Positions 27,988-37,098 of a DNA stretch of 64,000 nt are shown here, piece after piece (within the stretch, counting starts at the first letter, position 1; each line of letters opens with the position of its first letter). This stretch comes from a virus (lineage: Duplodnaviria; Caudoviricetes): positions 1 to 64,000 of IMG/VR virus record IMGVR_UViG_3300017766_003100; one strand, written 5' to 3'. The translations under genes and the position numbers were made by a program. The notes below the pieces were generated by a model. That model made no database searches and was not told the origin of the DNA. It was given only the letters and a program-made list of their open reading frames with translations.

Positions 27988-28668
27988 ATGAAACGAATAG
28001 AATTAAATATTGAAACAATTAATGAAATTATCAGATTATACAACGATGAAATGTTGGGGAGTCCATCTATTTCTGAAAAATTAGGTATAAAAAAACATAT
28101 TGTTTTACGTATATTAAAAGAAAACAATGTCAAAGTTGGTGTACCTGGTCAAAAATTTAAAGGAGGTAAAAAAATTGCAAATAAAAAATACCTAATTAAA
28201 AATAAAGAAAGATTGACTGAGTATCATAAAGAGTGGTCAAAAGAAAATAGAGACCGACTTAATGAATATCATAAAGAGTGGAGGGAAAAGAACATTGACA
28301 AACATAGAGAGAAAAAACGTAACTACCAAAAACATAAGAGACACACTGACCCAATCTACAAACTAATATCTAATTTTAGAACTGCAATCTATATTGTTCT
28401 AAAAGAGAACAAATTGGATAAGTATTCTAATTACTTCAATATGGTTGGGTATTCAGCATTAGATTTAAAAGAACATTTAGAGAAACAATTTACTGATGGT
28501 ATGACTTGGGAGAATTATGGTGAATGGCATATTGACCATATAAAACCAATATCATTGTTTGTATTTGAAAGTGTTGATGATAAAGAGTTTAAAGAGTGTT
28601 GGTCTTTGAATAATTTACAACCAATGTGGGGTGTTGAGAATATTAAAAAGAGTAATAGAATTTTATAG
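27988..28668 (+). CDS. HNH homing endonuclease-like protein
   Basis: N-terminal HTH; EYHKEW repeats; MTWENYGEWHIDHIKP...WSLNNLQPMW...N..K. Confidence 0.8.
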   Translation: MKRIELNIETINEIIRLYNDEMLGSPSISEKLGIKKHIVLRILKENNVKVGVPGQKFKGGKKIANKKYLIKNKERLTEYHKEWSKENRDRLNEYHKEWREKNIDKHREKKRNYQKHKRHTDPIYKLISNFRTAIYIVLKENKLDKYSNYFNMVGYSALDLKEHLEKQFTDGMTWENYGEWHIDHIKPISLFVFESVDDKEFKECWSLNNLQPMWGVENIKKSNRIL

Positions 28669-28713
28669 TTTTTTTTTGTAATTAAAGATATTTATAATAA
28701 AAATATTCAAACT

Positions 28714-29736
28714 ATGAAAAAATTATATTATTTAGACGAAGAAGAGAAAAATAGAATATTAAATTTACACGAAAGTAGTACAAGAAAACAATATTTGATG
28801 AATGAGCAATCACTTGGTAGTATGGCTTATAGTACGGCAGGTGGTGCTCAAACAGGAGCCGTTATTGGTGCTCATTTTGGTGGTGTTGGTGCAATACCAG
28901 GTGCCGTTATTGGTGGAGCAATAGGATTAATATCAGGTATAGCTAGTACTATGAATCGAGATGCGTTTATTAAAACTATTACTGAAGTTTGTAGTAAAGG
29001 TGGTACACCAACATTAGACGCTGGACCATTAATGGACATAGCAGAAAAATTAAATGGTCTCATTAACACTACTAATTATTTGGGTGGTGGTTATGCGACT
29101 ACCGAAAGTAGAGCTGGTATAAAAAGTACATTAGCGACTATTCCATCTATCCCAGATTTATGTGGTGTTATGAAAGAATACAAAGAATTATATCAAATAG
29201 ATTTACTTGCTGACCTTAAAAGAGAAATTTATTATGATAAATATTGGAGTGACACAGTACAAGTTCCATTAACAAAAGCTATTAGACTTTCTAAAGCAGC
29301 AACAGCAAAAGCCGCAGAAGCTGCAAAACAAAAACCAGCAGAAACATTAGTTGGTTGGGAAAATTATCCTTGTGTTACATCAAATCCAAACGCAAAAAAA
29401 GGTTCACTTAAAGATGGTACGGTTGCTTATAATATAAATGGTGAAACATATTATGGTGGTGGTCGTAAAAGAGGTGTTGATGGTAAAATGAGTAGTTATT
29501 ATTGTGGTACTGATGGAACAATTAAAATAGGTGACAAACCAACAACGCAAAGTACAACAAGCGGATTTGCTGGAACTGGTGCTCCTGTATCTGGTATGGG
29601 TTCAATACTAATTTCACCACAACAAGTTTCATCACTTAGAACAAGTGCTGGTTTAACTGGAACAGGAAATTCATTATCTCAACAAGATATAAATGACCTT
29701 TACAATATGATTAATAAATTACCTAACAAACAATAA
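28714..29736 (+). CDS. Putative head-cargo protein with glycine zipper and WxNYPCVTSN domain
   Basis: N-terminal LDEEEKNRILNLHE...LMNE; GAQTGAVIGAHFGGVGAIPGAVIGGAIGLISG. Confidence 0.7.
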   Translation: MKKLYYLDEEEKNRILNLHESSTRKQYLMNEQSLGSMAYSTAGGAQTGAVIGAHFGGVGAIPGAVIGGAIGLISGIASTMNRDAFIKTITEVCSKGGTPTLDAGPLMDIAEKLNGLINTTNYLGGGYATTESRAGIKSTLATIPSIPDLCGVMKEYKELYQIDLLADLKREIYYDKYWSDTVQVPLTKAIRLSKAATAKAAEAAKQKPAETLVGWENYPCVTSNPNAKKGSLKDGTVAYNINGETYYGGGRKRGVDGKMSSYYCGTDGTIKIGDKPTTQSTTSGFAGTGAPVSGMGSILISPQQVSSLRTSAGLTGTGNSLSQQDINDLYNMINKLPNKQ

Positions 29737-29741
29737 GAAAT

Positions 29742-30215
29742 ATGAAATCATTATACATAACAGAAAGTGAAAGACAACAAATATTAAATTTACATAAAAG
29801 TAAAACGTTGTCTGAACAAGTACCAGCGGCAGGAGCTGCAGCACCCACATCTACACCCACACCCGCAACTGGAGCAGCACCAGCTGCAGGAACAACACCA
29901 GCTGCGGTAACCAATTATACTGTTCAACAATTACAACAACTTTTAATAAGTAAAGGATATAATGTTGGTTCGGCTGATAATCAATTAGGAAAAGGTACTC
30001 TTGCTCAAATTGAGGCAGCAGTTAAAGCTGCTAAAAGTGGTACTCCCGCAGCACCTGCAACTACAACATCTTTACCCGCTCCAGTAATAGCGCCATTGGA
30101 CACTAAGAAGGTAACTGGATTACAAACTGATGGTTCAGGAAAAGTTACAGGTGTATCAACTACAACAACTGGTGGAAATACCCCAACAACAGATGCTGGT
30201 TCTATGACAACTTAA
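29742..30215 (+). CDS. Putative head-cargo protein with peptidoglycan-binding (PGBD-like) helix bundle
   Basis: N-terminal ITESERQQILNLHK; VQQLQQLLISKGYNVGSADNQLGKGTLAQI. Confidence 0.65.
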   Translation: MKSLYITESERQQILNLHKSKTLSEQVPAAGAAAPTSTPTPATGAAPAAGTTPAAVTNYTVQQLQQLLISKGYNVGSADNQLGKGTLAQIEAAVKAAKSGTPAAPATTTSLPAPVIAPLDTKKVTGLQTDGSGKVTGVSTTTTGGNTPTTDAGSMTT

Positions 30216-30217
30216 TT

Positions 30218-30436
30218 CTATTCAGGTTGATTTTTACTCAAGATTCTAATTGATTTTGAAATTACTTCGGTTTCACCAAGTGAATAAACCCCATTTAGAT
30301 AAGCATAATTTACGGCTTGTACTAATAGGTATATTGCTTGTTCTTTATCCATTACATCAAGTAATGTTTGTAGATGGTCTTCAGTTAATAGTGGGACTGA
30401 ATTAAATAGTTTTCCGAATAATTTTTCTTGTTCCAT
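30218..30436 (-). CDS. Small hypothetical protein
   Basis: 72-aa ORF. Confidence 0.65.
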   Translation of the reverse strand: MEQEKLFGKLFNSVPLLTEDHLQTLLDVMDKEQAIYLLVQAVNYAYLNGVYSLGETEVISKSIRILSKNQPE

Positions 30437-31432
30437 AGATATTTATTTGTATATAATGATATTATAATGATAAGACAAATTGTAGATAAAATCAAACAAG
30501 AAATTATAAAAGAGGCTACAAGTAATTTAACTGGTAGTAGAGGTTCATTTGTACCCCCACTTAGGTCAGGAAAAAGAATATTTGATAAGACTCAATTAAA
30601 TCCATTTAATACACCAGTCTCTAAATATTATAGTCAACAATTAGCTACAGATTCTTATGATGGTAAAATGAGTACACCAAAAAAAGATATCAAAAAAATT
30701 GAATCCAATGCAAAAAAAGCTTCAATCTATGCCAAGAATCATCCTATTAGAAATGATGACGATGGTGACGTAATTAATCCATTTCTAGGTCACGATGAAA
30801 AGAGACCACCATTAAAAGAAATGTTAAAACCATTTACAATGGGAATAAATGAGTGGAAATATGAGGAAGCTCCTATTTTAACTGAATCTCTTAAAGTTTG
30901 GTATTTAAATGAAATTGATACAAGTACAAGTGCTGGAGTATATACAGGTCCAATTGAATTGGGAATGAAAAAATGGAAACAAAAATTAACCGCCCCATTT
31001 ACAGAATTTGTTGATTCTGAAGTTAACAAACAAAAAGTTAAAAGTACTTTAAAACATAATATAAAAAAGAAAGTTGGTGTTTGGGAAAAAAATACCAATG
31101 ATATGGATATGGATACTCACGATGTTCATACAATAAATGAGGATTTGGCTGTTTGGTTTGGAACAAAGAAAAAACCCAAGGGGTCATCACAACCTAAAGG
31201 ACCTTGGGTTAATATATGTAGAAAGGTTGATGGTAAACATCCACCTTGTGGAAGGAGTGAAGCTGACACCAAGAGTTACCCTAAATGTAGAGCGGCTGGA
31301 GTTGCGGGTAAGATGTCAGATTCTGAGAAGAAATCGGCTTGTGCTCAGAAACGTAGGGCTGAAAAAAAAGACCCCAAAATTGGAACTGGTAACAAGCCCA
31401 CTATGACTTCTTATAAACCTAAGAAGAAATAG
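30428..31432 (+). CDS. Putative head protein with basic Cys-containing C-terminal domain
   Basis: Likely start 30467 (TATTTAT 27 nt upstream); IKE/LKE/INE/LTE motifs; EDLAVWF...WVNIC...PPCGR...YPKCR...ACAQKRRAE. Confidence 0.65.
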   Translation: MFHRYLFVYNDIIMIRQIVDKIKQEIIKEATSNLTGSRGSFVPPLRSGKRIFDKTQLNPFNTPVSKYYSQQLATDSYDGKMSTPKKDIKKIESNAKKASIYAKNHPIRNDDDGDVINPFLGHDEKRPPLKEMLKPFTMGINEWKYEEAPILTESLKVWYLNEIDTSTSAGVYTGPIELGMKKWKQKLTAPFTEFVDSEVNKQKVKSTLKHNIKKKVGVWEKNTNDMDMDTHDVHTINEDLAVWFGTKKKPKGSSQPKGPWVNICRKVDGKHPPCGRSEADTKSYPKCRAAGVAGKMSDSEKKSACAQKRRAEKKDPKIGTGNKPTMTSYKPKKK

Positions 31433-31840
31433 TTTTGACTTTTTCAATGATTATATCCAAGGAGTGAACAATTTGTGACATAACTTCATCTTCATATTCT
31501 TGACGTATTGTTTCAACTTTGCCATCATACATTTTGGTTAATCTATCATAATTTCTATCACTTATTACAATGTCATAATGATATACGTGGTTGGTAATAC
31601 TTAAGGTTTTTCCTTCCAAAATTAAGAACAAATCAAGAGTTGGATTTTTGATATATCTTTTACCACTTAATGGTGCGATTAGAAACTTTGAATCTGTATG
31701 TGTTATCAATGCTCTTGCAATTGCCATACATTTTTTTGAGTTTCTGATATTTGATTTTCTTGTGGGTTATTCATTTTTCTATTAAATGTCAACCACTTAA
31801 CATAAGCTCGTTTTGATAACCTTTTAATTAACTTGTTCAT
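31419..31840 (-). CDS. Hypothetical protein apparently split by a frameshift at an A7 run (31731-31737)
   Basis: 44-aa ORF 31840-31706 (MNKLIKRLSK...ETQK) joins ORF 31727-31419 by a -1 shift; promoter upstream of 31840. Confidence 0.55.
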
Positions 31841-31870
31841 ATTGTTTTAATTTTTTTATTTTGATTGGAA

Positions 31871-31902
31871 CAAAGATAGAAACTTTATCGTTATATTTCA
31901 AA
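31871..31902 (-). promoter_or_regulatory. Bacteroidota primary-sigma promoter
   Basis: Minus strand TTTG (31902-31899), 20-nt spacer, TATCTTTG (31878-31871). Confidence 0.65.
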
Positions 31903-32019
31903 GTAAATCTTTAAAAAAAGGGAAAATATTATTTTTAATAAAAAAACAAGTAAATTATTTTGTAACTTCAACACTTATTACTATTTTTACATTTAAATAA
32001 ATTAAAACACAAAATCATT

Positions 32020-32409
32020 ATGAAAAAGTTATTCCTTCTAGTTTGTTTAGTATTCTCTTTTACTTTACGTGCTCAAGTACTTCCTGATTCTTCATTTGTA
32101 CCAACTTGTATGAGTGACGAATTTAATAAAGGTGTGTATGTTCAGTATATGGTTGTTTTGTTTGAATCAAAAGATAGTATTGATTTGAATAAGATTAATC
32201 TTTTAACTGATGTTGTTTTACCATATAATGTGGAATATTATGACCCCATTGATTATAAGTTGAAAAACTTATGTGTCCTTGGTTTGGAAGATGATGGTAG
32301 AATTTCAAACATTTTTGGTTTTAGTGAAGAATATGCCAATTACTTATATGATACACATAAATCTATTTATCCAAAAATGGAAATAGTCAAATTTTATTAT
32401 AATCAATAA
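32020..32409 (+). CDS. Secreted/periplasmic hypothetical protein
   Basis: Signal peptide MKKLFLLVCLVFSFTLRA|Q. Confidence 0.7.
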   Translation: MKKLFLLVCLVFSFTLRAQVLPDSSFVPTCMSDEFNKGVYVQYMVVLFESKDSIDLNKINLLTDVVLPYNVEYYDPIDYKLKNLCVLGLEDDGRISNIFGFSEEYANYLYDTHKSIYPKMEIVKFYYNQ

Positions 32410-32458
32410 ATTTTTTTTTTAAAAAACGATATATTTATTATTAAATAAAATAATAAAT

Positions 32459-33613
32459 ATGTATAATAGAAGACTATTAATATCTGAAGACGAGAAAAAA
32501 CACATTAAAAATTTATACGGATTAATATTAGAACAAGAAAATTTACCTGGTGAAAAAATCAAAATTGATTTTGGGGATTTGTATGGTGATGGTAAGTATC
32601 TAATTAAGAATAGTAACAAATTCAAAGAAAAATTAGATAGTTCTTTATTACCTTTTGTTCAAAAAAATCCTGGTGTTCCTTTAACTATTAAAGTTCTTGG
32701 TGGTGAATCGGCAACACCTAATTATGATTATGAACTAAATGATAATCAGGGGAAACCTGATTTTTATTTGGCTAAAAAAAGAAGAAGTGTTATGGTTGAC
32801 TGGTTAACTAATTATTTTAATAATTCAGAAATTGAACCTAAACCTATTGTTGACAACTCACCAAATAAAGAAGGTGTAAATGTATTTAGAGGACGTACTG
32901 GTAACGAAGCAAGAGACCGTTTTGTTGACGTGGTTATAAATGCTGAAGCTCCTGGTACTTGTTTAGTTGGATTAAAAATTGAAGTTATTTATGAAAATGG
33001 TAATTCATCACCTGAGTTCCCTTGTAGAGGAGGTTTTATGGAGTATAACAAAATGTTAAAGAAAGAAGTTCCTAGAGTTCATAAATGTGATGAAGCTATA
33101 TTTAACGTTTTATTAAATGATGTAAATATTGGACAAGTAAATCTTAATAATAAAGTTGATGGAGGTAGTAGAAATGGTGTTGTTGAAGTTACAAGAGCTC
33201 AAGCTTTAGAAATTGCTAAACTAGGTAAAAATACTATTGTATTAAGTTTACAATGTGTACTACCTAATTGTCATTCAGATGTTGCTGAAATTAGGATTAC
33301 TAACAAGAATGGAGTACTTTATCATAGTTGCACACCAACACTACAATCAAGAGGTGATAGTAAAGTTAATGACCTTTTAATATTAGATAAATGTGGTACT
33401 AAGATAGTTCAAAGAAGTACGAAAGAAGTTGCAGGAACAGGTGAAACTAAAGTAAAACAAGAATATGGTTCGCAATATTGGGATGCGGTAGCTGCAAATA
33501 AACAACTTAAAAAATTGGCGGATGGTTCTTATGAAGTTTTAACTGATAAACTTGCTGACCCAACTGGTAAACGATATAAAAAAGGTGAGATAATTCCAAA
33601 ACCATCATTTTAA
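32459..33613 (+). CDS. Putative head-cargo protein with degenerate OmpA-like domain
   Basis: N-terminal ISEDEKKHIKNLYGLILE; IKVLGGESATPN...LAKKRRSVMVDWL resembles the OmpA_C pattern. Confidence 0.55.
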   Translation: MYNRRLLISEDEKKHIKNLYGLILEQENLPGEKIKIDFGDLYGDGKYLIKNSNKFKEKLDSSLLPFVQKNPGVPLTIKVLGGESATPNYDYELNDNQGKPDFYLAKKRRSVMVDWLTNYFNNSEIEPKPIVDNSPNKEGVNVFRGRTGNEARDRFVDVVINAEAPGTCLVGLKIEVIYENGNSSPEFPCRGGFMEYNKMLKKEVPRVHKCDEAIFNVLLNDVNIGQVNLNNKVDGGSRNGVVEVTRAQALEIAKLGKNTIVLSLQCVLPNCHSDVAEIRITNKNGVLYHSCTPTLQSRGDSKVNDLLILDKCGTKIVQRSTKEVAGTGETKVKQEYGSQYWDAVAANKQLKKLADGSYEVLTDKLADPTGKRYKKGEIIPKPSF

Positions 33614-33618
33614 TGATA

Positions 33619-33649
33619 AAAAAAAGAGGACTTTAAGTCCTCTTTTTTT
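33619..33649. terminator. Bidirectional terminator at strand switch
   Basis: aaaaaaagaggact/tta/agtcctcttttttt. Confidence 0.85.
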
Positions 33650-33652
33650 ATT

Positions 33653-34123
33653 TTAACAATAAGGTGGTGAACAACGTTTTTTTCCATCTAATCCAGGTTT
33701 TGTTCCTTTACAAACTTGAACGGCATAACCATTCGCATAAGCACTGGGATAGACTTTAAATTTTGATTTGGCAGCAGTTTTACCTCTTGAACATAGTTTT
33801 GTTCCAGTTTTCTTTTTTCCTTCCATCATAACCATATCTTCTTCATCGTCATAGAACTCATCACTATATTGAGTTTCGTTCATCAGAAAGTCAAATACTT
33901 GGTCTAAGTTTTCTTTTGCCGTTGCAATATGGTCATCAGCCCAATCGTGACCACCTTGAAGTATTTTTTCTACTTCCATTGGGTCTAATTCTAATAACAA
34001 TTGTGCTTGTCTTACCATTTGTTCTAGATTACTGAAAAACATATAGTTTTGTACTTTTCCATAATCTTTTTCGTTAACTATTTTTTTAACGAGTTGGTTG
34101 AGTTGTGATTCAGTTATTCTCAT
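33653..34123 (-). CDS. Putative head-cargo protein with basic C-terminal domain
   Basis: MRITESQLNQLVKKIVNE; MME then KLCSRGKTAAKSKFKVYPSAYANGYAVQVC. Confidence 0.7.
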   Translation of the reverse strand: MRITESQLNQLVKKIVNEKDYGKVQNYMFFSNLEQMVRQAQLLLELDPMEVEKILQGGHDWADDHIATAKENLDQVFDFLMNETQYSDEFYDDEEDMVMMEGKKKTGTKLCSRGKTAAKSKFKVYPSAYANGYAVQVCKGTKPGLDGKKRCSPPYC

Positions 34124-34129
34124 ATATTT

Positions 34130-34309
34130 TTAATTATTTAATCCATTAGGACCTCCTAATGTTACTGCGTTTAATTGTACTATAGCGTCACCTTGACCAT
34201 TAGTCCAAGTTGGGTGTGGTGGTACTACACTAGTGACAGTTTCACCTGTAGTACAAGGACAACAGACAACACAGATTGTTGATTCACTATTTGCTGAAAT
34301 TGTTGACAT
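34130..34309 (-). CDS. 59-aa stand-alone paralogue of the C-terminus of ORF 34340-37096 (absent from the ORF track)
   Basis: MSTISANSESTICVVCCPCTTGETVTSVVPPHPTWTNGQGDAIVQLNAVTLGGPNGLNN*; TATTTAT 22 nt upstream (34331-34325). Confidence 0.8.
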   Translation of the reverse strand: MSTISANSESTICVVCCPCTTGETVTSVVPPHPTWTNGQGDAIVQLNAVTLGGPNGLNN

Positions 34310-34339
34310 AATGTTTTTTTATTTATAAATATCACAAAT

Positions 34340-37096
34340 TTACATATTTAATCCATTAGGACCACCTAATGTTATAGCATCAAGTAAATAAATTAATCTA
34401 CCTTGACCATTAGTCCATTGAGGGTGGGGTAAAACTATTTGAGTTATTGTACCACCAGAATCACAAGGACAACAAATATTACAACCGAAATATTCAGTTC
34501 CAGCTGAAATTGGGGGAACTGGTCGATTAGCTGTTCTACAAAAAAGTTGATTTAAATAAAAATTTTGTGGTTCAAATAACGGATGTACATTATCAATTGG
34601 ACAAGAATTAACTACCTGATAACAAACACCATTAGTATCAGTAATGGTTGGGTTGGGTAATTGGAAAAGAAATCCTGTTATTTCAATCCAATCATTTAGA
34701 GTAACTGTAACTTGTGATGCTTCCAATGTATTACAATTAATCAGTGTTAACCCTAATGTTGCATTTGATGTACATTCTTCACAAGTTGTGAAACTTGAAC
34801 CTGATGATACAAAAGATATTGAAGCTGATTGACCACTAAAAGGTTCTATAATTTCAAAACATAACCAATCTGAATTACCAAATTGTGAACGTACAAATTC
34901 ACCAGCCGAATACGTACCTTGTGGGGCAATTAATATACCCCCAATTCCTGATACACATTCAGTACAATAAAATATATCTCGTGTTGTACCAGTACATGTC
35001 TGACAATCTGAATAATGTAACATACTGAGATATTCAGTTATATTTAAAAATTCAGGTCTTGTAATACTTGTTATATTTGTGATTTCACAACATCCGTTTA
35101 AATTGTAATTAAAAAATGTTGTTCCTGTTGATAAATATTCATTTGATGTTGTTTGACCACTAATGAAGTCATTGTAACAACCAAGTTGGAACAAAGCACT
35201 AAATGACCCAAACCATAAATTACCTAAAGTATCTGCTTGTATATCAAAAGGTTGAGTTATACCTATATTAGATAATTCACTACTATAAGTAATTAATAAA
35301 TTATCTGTTAGTGTATCAAATTCATATATTTGATTACAACCGTTGTCGGAAATATATAATCGATTAGTTGATGAATTAACTTTTATCCCATATTGACTAC
35401 TTGAACAATATGGGAAAGAATGTGTGGTAGTACCACTTAATGATAAATCAAATTTTACATAATAATTATTTGTTGTTGATATGTATATAAAATTTCCCCC
35501 ATCGTAAGTAAGCGAGAGTAATGTATCGCTGAATGTGTATGTATTAACTAATGTATATGATGTATCGTAGACCTCAATATTAGTTGATGTTAAAGTATAA
35601 AAAAACGAACCTATTTGTATTATGTCAAGATATGATGAATTTGTAGTACCAAAATCAGTAACAAATGTCATATTATTATAAGCCGTACCACTATAGACTA
35701 ATATAGCATTAATAACCCCACCTAGATGAGCACTCGCAAAATAAAATAGTTGGTCATTTGTGTTATAATAAACTTTGGTTGGTTGTACACCAGTAACACT
35801 TAAATTATTACTAAGAGATAAGTCGTTATAATCAAAAAACGTAATATCAAATACTGAAGGTATAACGTTTGAATAATTTGTAACCGCAATAACCCCATTA
35901 GTTTCATCAATATCTAAACTATAAGGATTATTTAAAACGTTATTAGATATCTCAATAACTGAAGAGGTATTGGTATCAATTTTAGCTATTAGATTATTAT
36001 CTACAAATGGTATAAATGCAAAATCGTTGCTATCAATTTTAAAGTAACGTGAGATACTAAGACCACTTAAACTAAAATAATCAATTATATTAATGGGGCC
36101 ACAAATTTCATATTGTTCACAACTTACAAAGTCATATACCAAACCATAACATTCCAAACAATCTTCACAATTTTGTTGTGGGTCATAATTTGCTAATTCA
36201 CTAATTGTAATTGCACTTGTTGGGGGTACTACATCAGTACTAATTTCGTAACACCCATTACCTAATGATAAATGAGTTGAATCCCCTGGTTGGAATAAAA
36301 CTGATGCCCAAACAATTTCTTCACTATTATTTAAACAATTAATAAGTTTCTTTTTTTCACTCACCAATCCATTACAATAATCACAATCAACACCATCATT
36401 ATTAATCCCTAAATCATTAACATATGTTCCATTTATTACACCAGAACTTAATTCTATTACTACCCCACAATATTGTGTTATTCCTGCTAAATCGGTAAAT
36501 GTTATTAAATGATTGTCAAGACCCGATGATGGTAATGGAATATAATATTCAGTTGAGGATAAACATTCAATTATTCGATACACTAATGGTGAATTATCAA
36601 TACAAGTTTTACAATCAGTATGTGAACTATAACTAGTTACTAATACCTCAAAATTTGGTACTCTTGAAGTAAAACTTTTTAATTCAAAACAACTACTATA
36701 TTGTTGTAACCCACTATCATTAGAAAAATAAATTTCAATAAATAAGACATCCCCAATTGATGGTACTGGTGAAAATTGATTTTTTGGTATAATAATTTCA
36801 CCAATTATTCCATCACAAGAAGTAAATTGTAAATAATCATAAATTTGTGATACACAATCATCACAACCTGTTGATTTTTCAGGACCATATGAATTTACTA
36901 TTATAGTATCTGGAGTAGCACCAGGCTTGGTTAAATTAAAACTATCAACAACGTAACACCCAAATGATACATAACCACTAAATGAATAAACATTACCAAC
37001 TATAAGTTGACTAGAATTATCTTCAATAACTACTTGATACGCTATACATTTATTAGTACACCCACAATCTCTAAGACCTACACTATAAATTGGCAT
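34340..37096 (-). CDS. Cys-rich repeat structural protein with inserted beta-propeller
   Basis: About 40 Cys; repeated C..C(Y/F)E..CxxC modules; YVTN/NHL-like blades (IAVTNYS, RLYISDNGCNQI). Confidence 0.65.
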   Translation of the reverse strand: MPIYSVGLRDCGCTNKCIAYQVVIEDNSSQLIVGNVYSFSGYVSFGCYVVDSFNLTKPGATPDTIIVNSYGPEKSTGCDDCVSQIYDYLQFTSCDGIIGEIIIPKNQFSPVPSIGDVLFIEIYFSNDSGLQQYSSCFELKSFTSRVPNFEVLVTSYSSHTDCKTCIDNSPLVYRIIECLSSTEYYIPLPSSGLDNHLITFTDLAGITQYCGVVIELSSGVINGTYVNDLGINNDGVDCDYCNGLVSEKKKLINCLNNSEEIVWASVLFQPGDSTHLSLGNGCYEISTDVVPPTSAITISELANYDPQQNCEDCLECYGLVYDFVSCEQYEICGPINIIDYFSLSGLSISRYFKIDSNDFAFIPFVDNNLIAKIDTNTSSVIEISNNVLNNPYSLDIDETNGVIAVTNYSNVIPSVFDITFFDYNDLSLSNNLSVTGVQPTKVYYNTNDQLFYFASAHLGGVINAILVYSGTAYNNMTFVTDFGTTNSSYLDIIQIGSFFYTLTSTNIEVYDTSYTLVNTYTFSDTLLSLTYDGGNFIYISTTNNYYVKFDLSLSGTTTHSFPYCSSSQYGIKVNSSTNRLYISDNGCNQIYEFDTLTDNLLITYSSELSNIGITQPFDIQADTLGNLWFGSFSALFQLGCYNDFISGQTTSNEYLSTGTTFFNYNLNGCCEITNITSITRPEFLNITEYLSMLHYSDCQTCTGTTRDIFYCTECVSGIGGILIAPQGTYSAGEFVRSQFGNSDWLCFEIIEPFSGQSASISFVSSGSSFTTCEECTSNATLGLTLINCNTLEASQVTVTLNDWIEITGFLFQLPNPTITDTNGVCYQVVNSCPIDNVHPLFEPQNFYLNQLFCRTANRPVPPISAGTEYFGCNICCPCDSGGTITQIVLPHPQWTNGQGRLIYLLDAITLGGPNGLNM

Positions 37097-37098
37097 AA

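Noticed and set aside
34130-34500. DGR template/variable repeat pair
   Set aside because: Differences are not confined to adenines, include synonymous changes, and no reverse transcriptase is in the window
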